Of a stretch of 64,000 bases of DNA, positions 41,176 to 53,030 are shown in pieces. Position numbers and translations under genes: made by a program. Below the pieces are notes generated by a model. The model worked only from the letters and a program-made list of their open reading frames with translations, was not told the origin of the DNA and did no database searches. The stretch is from Chrysomallon squamiferum (taxonomy: Eukaryota; Animalia; Mollusca), in contig CM022678.1 in NCBI GenBank assembly GCA_012295275.1, positions 1 through 64,000 on the forward strand, written 5' to 3'. How positions within the stretch are numbered: the stretch's first letter is position 1; the number at the start of each line of letters is the position of its first letter.

Positions 41176-41674
41176 GAAAGAAAGAAAGAAAGAAAGCAAA
41201 AAATCCCAATTTTTACATAGATAAGACCGGCACTTGTACTTTATGTGGTATATATATTTATGTACTTGTTACGTATGTTCTAATATTAACTTATATACAT
41301 GTTTTTCTATATTATATTCTTTGTATAAATGCACTTTGACTTTACAGTGTTGCTAACTGTTTTCTGTCAGATTGTCTTACGATAAAATGCCACAACAGGT
41401 TTTCTCTACGACTGTCACAAGATATTTTTGTTTGCACTTTCAGAAAGAGGAAATCAAATTAACAAAATACTTGGTCTGGTTGGTTGTGAAAGTCACCTGA
41501 TAGTTGGGTTGTCTTAAGCTGTTGTTTTTGTTGGGATTAGCGGGAAATTAATTAACATTCCAGGGTCATCGATAATCATACTGCTTTAAACTGCTTTGTT
41601 TTAACTTTGTTTTAACTTTTTTTGTTTTGACTTCTGGTATATTGCAATAGATATTAATTCCTTAATTATTCCCT

Positions 41675-42157
41675 AAGCTAATTGCGTAACAACTGGAAGA
41701 TGAGTCTATCATTGTATGCTAGGTAACTAAGCTAATTGCGTAACAACTGGAAGATGAGTCTATCATTGTATGCTAGGTAACAAAGCTAATTGCGTAACAA
41801 CTGGAAGATGAGTCTATCATTGTATGCTAGGTAACAAAGCTAATTGCGTAACAACTGGAAGATGAGTCTATTATTGTATGCTAGGTAACTAAGCTAATTG
41901 TGTAACAACTGGAAGATGAGTCTATTATTGTATGCTAGGTAACTAAGCTAATTGTGTAACAACTGGAAGATGAGTCTATTATTCTATGCTAGGTAACTAA
42001 GCTAATTGTGTCACAACTGAAAGATGAGTCTATTATTGTATGCTAGGTAACTAAGCTAATTGTGTAACAACTGGAAGATGAGTCTATCATTGTATGCTAG
42101 GTAGCTAAGCTAATTGTTTAACAACTGGAAGATGAGTCTATTATTGTATGCTAGGTA
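41675..42157. repeat. 54-bp minisatellite x9 (x5 at 57996-58262; single diverged unit at ~23209-23262)
   Basis: Unit aagctaattgcgtaacaactggaagatgagtctatcattgtatgctaggtaact. Confidence 0.92.
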
Positions 42158-42501
42158 GAGGGCATCTGATTACCAATTTGATCTTGAACTGTGTTTTTAT
42201 AAGGCGTGTGACAAATGGATGTGTACAAAATGGGATGATACTAATAAGCATACCACTTGATTGTGAAAGTCCATTAAATTGCTAATGTTTTAAAATAATA
42301 ATTAAATATCATAAAACTAATGTTATTATGTTGAATACTAAATGAAAGATATAATAAACATTATAAATATGTGTGTGTGTGTGACCAATATAATCTTGTT
42401 AAATAATTAAATAGTAAATCTAAATTTTGTTGAATTGAATTAGTTTAGAATTTACTGTATATTCTTTAAGATTTTTATTGTATATATATATTCTAATGGT
42501 A

Positions 42502-42559
<58 letters not shown>

Positions 42560-42653
42560 TGATTATTATTATTAACACAGTGTATTGTAATGCCATTAAC
42601 AGTTATAATAAATATGCTTTACAAATGGTAATTACTTTTGTTTTCTTTATCAG

Positions 42654-42784
42654 ATGAAGTATATTTAAAAAACAAAACCACACTGCAGTGGAATAATTCA
42701 GTGTACGAGTTCAGCCTGACTTTCACTAGTGACACTGAATTACACACCAGCGTGTCTGCTAACTCTGCTAATGGAATCTTCCAT
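42654..42784 (+). other. Putative orphan coding exon (copy at 58737-58867)
   Basis: Strong acceptor ttttctttatcag| followed by DEVYLKNKTTLQWNNSVYEFSLTFTSDTELHTSVSANSANGIFH, open in both copies. The donor is uncertain (gcaagt or gtaaat). Confidence 0.35.
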
Positions 42785-43846
42785 GCAAGTAAATTGAGGA
42801 ATGTTCTAACAAAACACAGACCCAGTTTATTATGTTAATTTTCTCATAAAATGTAGATCAGTCATGTAATGTTTGACATGTTTTAGTGTAGATTCTCTAG
42901 GTTTTTGGGTGGAATGCAATATTTGTTATGATTCAGTAGATTTTCCTTAGGAATTGGGGTAGAGTGTGATAAATGTAATGTTTGGTATGTTTTAGTGTAT
43001 ATTCTCTAGGTTGGGGTAGAGTGTGATAAATGTAATGTTTGGTATGTTTCAAGCTGGTTGCTCTGGGACTAAAGTGGGAATGATGATTCCAAACAGCAGC
43101 ATAGAAAACAACATATTCATCAATCCAAGTATACTTAATGTGTTGGTAAAGAAATAAATAATATATATATATATATAAAATGGTTTTATTACATATATAT
43201 ACTCAATCAATATATATTAAATAAAATGTTCTTATTACATATATATATAATAAGAACATTTTATTAAATATATATTGACTGAGTTGAACGTAAAGTTTCT
43301 GTGAGTTTTCTGTTACTTGTAGCCAGGTATTTCAGAATGATGTCACTCACAGTACAGCACCTCAGCAATCAGGTCTTTCTCATGTTTTTATATCTGCTTC
43401 CACATTCCTTGTGAAAAACCCCATAACAAAATTCAAATAAGAAAATGTTTCCCGAAATGTTGGCTGTTGACAGCACATTATGCAGTAGGTTGTTATAAGC
43501 AGAGTTCACTGTAACATCTGTAATCTGCATAAAATCAATCTTAATTGTTTTGTCTGTAGAAAAAAACAGCACACTCTCTGGAATCTTTCACAAGAAAATA
43601 TAACCTTTTGTGTTTGTGTAAAAACTTGAATCTCTTTCAAGTGTCAAAAAAAGAAGGAAAAAGACAACAACAGTATGATATGTTTAGTCTGTTTTTATTT
43701 TGGTTGCACTGTGCATTAAGATTAAATAATCATATGAAATATTACATATCTACACACAGTGACATAAATTAAAATACACTTTAACACACACCTATACAAT
43801 AATCCATTAAAATGCTCGTTGACATAATAATAATAATAATAATAAT

Positions 43847-43877
<31 letters not shown>

Positions 43878-44382
43878 TATGTACTCCACATCTGGTATTT
43901 TCTACATCTAGAATAACACACTTTAATTATCAACACAAACACACAAAAAAGTACATTAAATACTTGCTAAGTAAGATGTATGATAAAATGCTCACTAACT
44001 TTTACTCAACAAAATACATTAAAACTATCACAGATATAAACAAAGCAACCACTAAGAATATCTTCATTAACCTTGATGAAGAATTTAACAAAATTTCTCT
44101 TTATTAATTGAAATTATTGATAGGAGGAAGGAAATATAAATAATTGTGTTATGGAATGATTCCTGTCATGTTTTTTCAGTGGTTGAGAGGGTGTGGCTTA
44201 TGTGCTGTATAGTGTGTTAAAAAGAAACCAAGCTATAATTGGTTTTTTTTAATTTTAATTTTGTTTTGTTTTTTATTATTTTATAAAATCAGGTAGTAAT
44301 ACAGTGAAAATAAATTGAGTGGGTCTTGACAGCTATTGTGCAAAGAAAGAAATTGTTGTTGTTATTGCTATTATTATTATTG

Positions 44383-44436
<54 letters not shown>

Positions 44437-44621
44437 TTTTTCTCTTTCTGTATGGCTGTTTCCCCCTCACACTTCAGTGTGTATGCATGTGTGTGTGTGT
44501 GTGTGTGTGTGTTTGTAGTCTAATATAAAATGAACTAAATATTAAGTATATATGTACATAAGTATGCAAGCATGTATGTATATATGTATGTATATATGTA
44601 TGCATGTATCTATGTATTGTA

Positions 44622-44688
<67 letters not shown>

Positions 44689-46316
44689 TGTCTGTATGTG
44701 CTAATGTTGTGTGTATATGTGTGTGTGTATGTGTAAAGAAAGTGACCATGTTTTCATTCATGAAGGGGAAGTAACTTTACTGTTGCTACAGAGGATTTCA
44801 GTTAATAAACAGGTATTATGTTTGAAATAAAAATAATAATAAAAAGAAAATTTATAAAAAGTTAAAAAGTTAAAATAAAAGATTATATATATAGATAATA
44901 ATAAAAGCATTGTATGTCTAAAGGGAAAAATTATTTTATTTAATATTAGCTGTTTCTGGTATCATAGACAGAAAAATACAGGTTGCTTTTTCAGGTCAAT
45001 GCAAGGTATTTCATGTAAATATTGAAAACAGTTACAGAAACATTTTACAAACTACAAGCAGAGTGATGAATAAAACCTGGACCCAACCTAGGTCTTGCTT
45101 TGAAAACTTTTCTTGTTTCTGTACATTCTACAGTTATAATACTAAAATATATTTTAGAATTTTGTTTGAAACAATAAATAAATAAATAAATAAACAAATG
45201 TGTGTTACTGTGTGTGTGAGTGTGTGTGTGTGTCTGATAAAAACATTTTATTTAATATTAAGAGTATCTTGTATCAGAGATAGAGAAATACAAGTTTATT
45301 GTTGAAGTCAATGTTAGGTATTTGATGTAAATATTGAAAACAAATATAATTTACAAACTGCAACCAGAGTGAAAAGTAATTTTGAATAAAATCTAGACAC
45401 AACCTCAGTCTAGATTTGAAAATCAAACATAACATTTAAGTATATTTTAGAATTTTAACTAACAGTCATCTTCTTATTGTTTTATTATAGTGAAGTATGC
45501 ATATGTGTATGTGTCTTTATTTGTTTGTGTGTGTGTGTATTTCTATATGTATGTATATGTTAGCAATTTAAACAAATACAATAATTACTTACTTATAATT
45601 CAGTTTAATCCATCTTTAAACTTTAGGTGAGTGTATATTATTAAACACTGTACATATTTTGTTTCATTTTATTAGTAGTAGTAGTAGTAGTAGTAGTAGT
45701 GACATTTTCGTTTACTTTTCTATTTGATTAATATTGTTATGTCATTATTATTATTATTATTATTATTTGTTTATTTATTTATTTATTTTTCTCATTTTGC
45801 CATTTTCACGAAGAAATGGTGTTAGAACTGAATTTCATTTAATCTTATATTAAAGGTGCTTTGATTTTGATAGTGGAATTATACTAAAGAAAACGGATAT
45901 TCTCTTAGAAAAGGAGCTCTCTTTTTAAGAGGAAGTTTAATGAACACTTTGTAATGGCTGTTTCAATGTGGTAAAACTTTTTCTGAAGTACAAATCGTTA
46001 TGGAACGATTATGTCAAATGATACGAGAGGAATAACTGGTAGTGAAGTTACATTAAACTGACTGAATTCGACAGAGCTGCTATGATGGGTGATGCAGTGA
46101 TAATTAAAACCACAGCTCTTTGAAATAATGAAAATCGTTGGATCATCATCTAGGTAAGTGGACAAATTTTTTCAAATAAATAAGACAGTTGGGTAGAGCT
46201 TGTAAACCACTTTAAAATGATACCAAGATCAAGTGAATATGTAAAAAATTAAGGAAGTAGCAGCAATTTTAAACCCCCTGAAAAGCAATTTTTTTCTTCC
46301 GATTAAATGCTATATA

Positions 46317-49300
46317 TAGGTATGTGCAGATACTCGCGATTAGCGGCTGCGGTTTCTTACCAATTAGCTGTTCCACAGAAATCGTGTTTTGCATGAGGGG
46401 AGGCACCGTTTGTTCGCTTTTCATTGGATCGTGTTATATTCTTTCCTTGGGATTTCTGCATATAAACACAGACGGGATATTGATAAATGCTCACGATTTC
46501 GAATATTTTGATTCCGTTGAGTTTTTCTGTGCCTACGCTGCCTTTTAGAAAATCACGAATTTTCAACACGCTTGAACCACTAAAACCAGCTACTGGACAC
46601 GAACGAAAGGTAAGTAGACATTAACTTTGGTTTTTTTATCTTATTGTCTTTAAAATTTTATCAAAAGTTATGTTTTTTTTAAATTGTTATGATTGCCTCG
46701 TGAAATATGGTATTTTGGTCATTTCGGTGTTCGATCGCCATCGTGACACTTTTACAGAATTTTCAACATGCTACAATAACTAAAACCAGTTACGTGACAC
46801 GAATGAAAAGTAGCTGGACATAATAATTAGTTTTTTATATTATTGTCTTTAAAATTTTATCAAAATGCTTGGACGCATTCAACTGTTATGATCGCCTCGT
46901 CAAAAATGGTCTGTTGGTCATTTTGGTGTTCGGTCGCCATCTTGAAACTTTTACGGAATTTTCAACATGCTACAATAACCGGTTACTGGACACGAACGAA
47001 AAGTAGCTGGACATAATAATTAGTTTTTTATCTTACCGTCTTTAAAATTTTATCAAAAGTTATGGTTTTTTTTAAATTGTTATGATCGCCTCGTGAAATA
47101 TGGTCTGTGTAATTTCGGTTTTCGATCGCCATCTTGAAACTTTTACGGAATTTTCAACATGCTACAATAACTAAAACCGGTTATGTGACACGAATGAAAA
47201 GAAGCTGGACATAATAATTAGTTTTATTATCTTTGAAATTTTATGAAGCAGCTTCGAGGCTCTTAATTGTAAATTTTACCTCGTGAAATATGGTTTGTTG
47301 GCGTTATATCGCCAGTTTGAGTTTCTGTTTTTTTCTTCAAAATTACGAATGTTCAACATGCTACAGTCACTAAAACCGGTTACATGAGACGAATGAAAAG
47401 TAGTTTTTTTTATCTAATTGTCTTTGAAATTTTGTCAAGCAGCTGCAAGCATGCTAACTAGTAACTCTAAGCTTTATCTCGTCAAGCATGGTTATTTCGA
47501 CATTAGATCGCCGAAGTGAAAGTGTCATGGCAGACCAAACTTCCTGTATAAGGACTTACGTTTGAGAATGGATTATGCTGACTTAATACTTATTCTTCTT
47601 AAATTATCTTACATAAGAATGATGGACAAATATGTTCCTAACAATATATTAGTATTTTCATCCATAATTGTCTCAAATCTCAAGATGTTTTAGGATTTTA
47701 AAATCATAAAATTGACCAAACAATTATAATTTCTAAACACCAAATCAAATAAGCACTTGCTATTGTATTCTGTGTGGATTTAATTTGTATTGGTCAATCA
47801 AATTTTGCATTTCTTTTCATATAATGTTTTTTTTTTTTCCACAGTTCCTGCAACAGATGAGTTTTTGAAAGGACACGTGCTTTATATTTACACTAGCTGT
47901 GGTAACAGTCGAGCAACAACAGTTAGTGAATTATGTAGTCATTTTTCACTAACTCCTAACCCTGTGTTGAGACTTTCTGCTGAAGTGAAGAAAGTTGTGT
48001 ACCAGTTCGATAAGTTTCGAAATCTGGCTTATGCTGTACAATTTACCAAATTTATGTGTTTATGTTCAGAAATTTTTTTATTGACGGTAAGCTGTAATCT
48101 TGAGGATGTACCCGGAAAACAAGATGAGCCCCAGCCTGGACCGAGTTGCAACCCACAATACATTACTGCTTCCCCAGAACCACACAATCTATTGGATAGC
48201 AGTTCACTCTGTGGAGAAGATTCAGAGGAACCTGCTATTCCAATATTGACAAAACCACCCATGAAAACCAGACAAACAAAAAAATGCCTTTCATGCAAGT
48301 TATTAAATAACTCCTTAACAAATATGAGACTAAAACAGCTACAGCTTCAAAGGTCTACACACATTGCAATCCGAGATGTGAGAGCACAGCAAAAGAAAAA
48401 TAATATTTAATTTTGAATTCTAGTAGATTTTATGTACAGTTAGAAAGGTCAATTTGTCGAATATTTCAAATATCATTTTTAATAAAATATTGTGTATACA
48501 TGTGTGCTTGCGTTTTAATTTTAAAATGTGCTAGAAAGATCTGGCGCTGTTGAAAATGATTATATTTCTATAATCTATGTTGATTATATTTTTAATAGCT
48601 TGTAGGATGCATGTTTTATTGGATGTTGTGACTTTTACTAAATATAATATGTATTCGTTCTGAAATAAACGAATTAATATTGTTTTGCCGATTACTAGCA
48701 TTTGATGTTAACTATAATCCTCTGCAATACATAAACTCGTATAATCCTTGGAGTCGACTCCAGAAAGGTGTTGCCAGTCTTTATTAGGAGCAATACAATG
48801 TGTATGTAATCATGACAATTAAAGACACAGGTATTTGAAGCAGACAAAAGAATTTTCTTGGCTTTGTGTTCGTACTTCCTGTGCTTTGACAGCAAACAAA
48901 AGATACCTATCAATGTATCATGTGACCATCGCTGATGTTTTCTCTGATGGAGCAAATCAGCACTTGATGCAAAAATAGCCTAAGTTTTATCAATTTATGG
49001 TTTTATGATTAAAAAAATAGTGATAACATTCTATCACTACCTCTGGTACATAAATTCACGTTGTTTATATTTTAATAACCTATTGGCTGTATCATTGTAT
49101 GTTTTTCTTCAATGTTCCTATTTTTAGCTTATTCATTGTAGCACGTGCGTTGCGAGATCGCCGTGCATTGTTTCCTACCTAGTCAAGTCACCGAAGACTT
49201 TATGTGCAACTACAAATAACTGGTGCTATTTTAAATGATTATATTTCTATAATCTGTGTTGATTATATTTTTAATAACTTGTATAATGCATGTTTTATTA

Positions 49301-50822
49301 TATGTTATGACTTTTACTGAATATAATTATAATATGAATACGTTCTGAAATAAACAAATTAATGTTTATCTATAATCCTCTGCAATACATAAACTCATAT
49401 AATAAATTGGAGTCTACTCAAGAAAGGTATTGCCGGTCTTAATTAGGAGCAATACATTGTGTATGTAATCATGACACTAAAGACAGGTATGATAAGTGTC
49501 ATTTGAAGCAGACAATAGAATTTTCATGGCTTTGTGTTTGTACTTCCTGTGATTTGACAGCAAACAAAAGGTACCTATCAATGTATCATGTGACCATTGT
49601 TAATGTTTTCTCTGATGGAGCAAATCAAAATTTGAAGCAAAAATAGCCTAAGTTTTAAAACTGAACAATTTATGATTTATCAGTTTATGGTTTTACGATT
49701 AAAAAGAAAAAGTTGTACGTTTCGTATTTAATATTCTATGAATACCTCTGGTAGTTAGATTCACAGAATACATTCATTGTACTGTTTTGTAGTACAGTTT
49801 GTTATGTTTATGATTTTTAATTCGCCATTTATCGCAATAATTTTTAAAGCAAAACACGAAGTTAGTTTATTTCTGATCGTATTCATATTATAATGTATAT
49901 ACTTTAGAAATCCGAACACTGGAGAAAACTATGCATCCCAAAAGTTACTAAAAATTAAAACATAGCTTCTATCATTTTAAATAGCAGAGGTTCTTTTATA
50001 TGTTTGTTACTCTTTTTTTCTTACTTTCTTACTTTTTTTCTTTTTTTTAGGCAAGCAATATACATTTGTGGACATAACTTTTGTTATAAATTTACACGCC
50101 ATTGGTATTAATAGCGACGACATGTACGATGTTAGAAATATCGAACTTTGACCTTCCTGGGTGCTAAAAATAGCCTTGCTAAAAATAGTCGGTGTTGAGC
50201 AAAGGCGACACCGCCTTCAGATGAGCGCTTCGTAGAGCGACACCGCTTTAGCTTTAGGGATGTTCACAAAGTTCGTTTACCCCCACCACGTTTAACACTC
50301 TCATACAAACTACTGATTTAACACATAACAAAAACAACATCACCATTTAAAAGAGCGCATATTAATCTGTATTTGAGTGTAATTGTTTTTCATGTTAAAT
50401 TTTACAGAAGGGATTTGGGAGGGGCAGGAAATGGACAAAATCGGCACTTTTTCCACTTACGTTTGTTAGGCTGCTGGTATCTTAATTAATAACTTCTTTT
50501 TAATTTTTACGAATATAATCGATAGCAGAGATTGGCATTGGTCTTCTCTGAAAATTTCATCAAGAAAGCTTGATTATTAACAAAGATAGATGGGAAAATG
50601 TTAAAATATTACTATTTTTGGTCACAGACCTCTAATGACTTATATAGCGTTTAATTGGACGAAAAAAATTGCTTTTTCGGGGGTTTAAAATTGCTGCTAC
50701 TTCCTTAATTTTTTACATATTCACTTGATCTTGGTATCATTTTAAAGTGGTTTACAAGCTCTACCCAACTGTCTTATTTATTTTCAGATTAGTGGGTTTT
50801 GAAAAATTTATCCACATACCTA
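46317..50822 (+). mobile_element. Non-autonomous DNA transposon E2 with termini TAGGTATGTG...CACATACCTA (Academ-like TAG/CTA ends, tentative)
   Basis: Perfect 10-bp terminal inverted repeat inserted in a (TA)n run. It contains a ~200-bp tandem array (~46555-47520), a ~480-bp direct repeat (~48550-49020 and ~49220-49700) and a truncated coding exon at 47845-48410. Confidence 0.75.
47845..48410 (+). CDS. Truncated transposon-encoded exon, possibly the N-terminal part of a transposase or accessory protein
   Basis: Acceptor ttttttccacag|, then ~188 open codons (PATDEFLKGHVLYIYTSC..EPQPGPS..KKCLSCKLLNNSL..) inside E2. No catalytic motif is visible. Confidence 0.45.
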
Positions 50823-52509
50823 ATATATAAGTCATTAGAGGTTTGTGACCAAAAATAGTAATATTTTAACATTTTCCCCTCTATCTTTGTTAATAAGCAA
50901 GCTTTCTTGATGAAATTTTCAGTGAAGACCAATGCCAATCTCTGCTATCGATTATATTTGTAAAAATTAAAAAGAAGTTATTAATTAAGGTACCAGCAAC
51001 CTAACAAACAATAATTTATGTGGACAAAAAATTCAAACACTACCAACTTCAACATAAATAACATTGCTGAAAAGAACTCTAAAAACCCTATAAAAGACAA
51101 CAAACATTATGTGATTCTGTTGAGTATTAAGGAAGTTACAGCATTTTAACGTTTTCAATTAACACTAATTAATTGTCCTATTATTTAATGCATTTGCATT
51201 ACAATGGCGTGACCAAAATCCTATTGTTTTTCACTAAAATGCATGTAACTTTCTTAATAATGAAATTTTATTAGTGAAATTTGGACTGAAGATAGATGGT
51301 AACTAGTCCTCTCAATTCAAGCTATTAAAAATGCAAGCTATTAAAAATCGAGGGTAGAAATCACTTCAGTTTCACTCGAATTTTCATCCGCCATGTTTGA
51401 TTTTGAAGCCATTTCGATGTTACAGCTCCTCTTTCCGGCGTGTGTAATTTTTCTCAGCTGTGTCAGATTTCAGTATAAATTCACATATAATAAAATTAAA
51501 TATTGTTCTTCGCCTCCATCTACCTTAGATTATCCTCCGATATCGAAAACGACCGATTTTAACGTGTTGAATACGAAACAAATTTTCGAACTCTCCTCCG
51601 AAACTAACCAATTGATCGAATTGAAAAATTCGAAAACGAGTGAGTATACGGGAATTTCCCGCTAATTATACCATCAGGGATAACCAAAACTCCCAACCCC
51701 TGACTAACGAGAAGCGATTTACGCAGAGACACCACTCACCATTGGGGAAATCCCGATCACACGGATTTGGCAGATAATGTTATATTTCTTTATTTTCAAA
51801 AGTTAAATACCAGTGTAAGTGTTCAAGAACATGGACGTAAAGCTGAAGAGGTTCGACCTTTGTGTAAGTTAATTTATTTATATTATTTTTAATTGTGTAT
51901 AAATTATTATATTAAATACATTTTTTTATTTCCAGTTCGTAGTTGGAAATAAACCATAAAGTCATCAAAAGTTGTCAGAAATCTGAACTAGATTCATATA
52001 CTTTTGAAATCAAATCAAGAATTACTTAAAATTGAAAAATATTTGTAAATTGTCCAGTATTTGTACTTATTTAAGTCATTAATAAATCCGTAAAATCGTG
52101 AATTGTTTTTATTTGTTTGCATATTACTAAAAGTTTTGTTAATATTCCTGTCCTTGTCATACTATTTTCCTGGGCCGTAGACGATGCACACATAAACTAT
52201 TTTTTATTATTAATTTAAAAAACAAGATTAGCCACTGCATTAAGACTGTGAGTTTTCTATTTCACTACTTTTGTTTCTGCCAACACTGTATAATGAGTAC
52301 TAGTATTTGAATTTACCTGTATTGTATAATATGTATCTATGGCTTCCAGGTAAATCTTTTGCCTCCAGCCTACCTGTATAACTAGTATTCGAATTTACCT
52401 GTATTATGGTCAATGCTTGCAGGTGAATCTGTGGCTTGGCCTATGAATTTACCTGTGTTACACAGTTTATAGGTGTGGCTTACAGGTAAAACTGTATAAC
52501 CGTTCAGTA

Positions 52510-52805
52510 CTGTTACACCTGTACAGGTATTGTTTTGTTCACACAGGTGCACATGAAGTGTCGAGGAAGGAAGACATTCAGCATGAAGGACAGCTGACCT
52601 GTACAACACTGTTACACCTGTACAGGTATTGTTTTGTTCACACAGGTGCACGTGAAGTGTCGAGGAAGGAAGACATTCAGCATGAAGGGACAGCTGACCT
52701 GTACAACACTGTTACACCTTTACAAGTTTTGTTTTGTTCACACAGGTATGGGCCACGTGAAGTGATGAGGAAGGAAGACTTCAGCGTGAAGGGACAGCTG
52801 ACCTG
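52510..52805. repeat. ~104-bp repeat containing a splice acceptor, x3
   Basis: Unit '..ttttgttcacacag|gt..cacgtgaagtg..gaagac..cagcatgaagggacagctgacctgtacaacactgttacacc'. Confidence 0.88.
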
Positions 52806-53030
52806 CGAGTTCAAGTTTGCAACGTTTTCCTGCAGACAACGTCGACAACACCAGCAAGACAGCGAGGAGAAAGACGACTCATTTCAAATCCTGGAAGCTC
52901 TTGAACCAGCTGTCTGTCTGGGGAGTGTGTATGTATCTGTCTGTCTGTCTGGTGAGTTTATATGTGTATCTCTTTATGTCAGTCTCTCTATATATTATAA
53001 TTTATAAACTAATATATAATTTAACTTTAA

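Larger units (their letters stand above)
46151..51773. mobile_element. Composite DNA-transposon insertion: outer truncated element E1 (46151-46316 + 50823-51773) interrupted by inner element E2
   Basis: Absent from the paralogous sites (~1760 and ~62403), with ~20 bp of target lost. E1 starts TAGGTAAGTGGAC. Rejoined, its first ~350 bp are the reverse complement of the right end of E2 (50461-50822). Confidence 0.85.
41457..53030. repeat. Segmental duplication copy 2 (interrupted by transposons at 46151-51773)
   Basis: Colinear with 57781-64000 and, from 44869, with 1-3122. The upstream ANK 3' regions ~38470-41060 and ~55445-57570 are also homologous. Confidence 0.93.

Noticed and set aside
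41675-42157. Regularly spaced repeats resembling a CRISPR array (also 2302-2655, 58950-59588, 63392-63930)
   Set aside because: The units are head-to-tail with no unique spacers, there are no cas genes, and the context is eukaryotic. These are minisatellites.
46151-50822. Single transposon with ~170-bp TIRs and a TA target-site duplication
   Set aside because: The empty site has no TA at the junction. The second terminus at 46317 and the continuation of E1 at 50823 are better explained by nested insertion.
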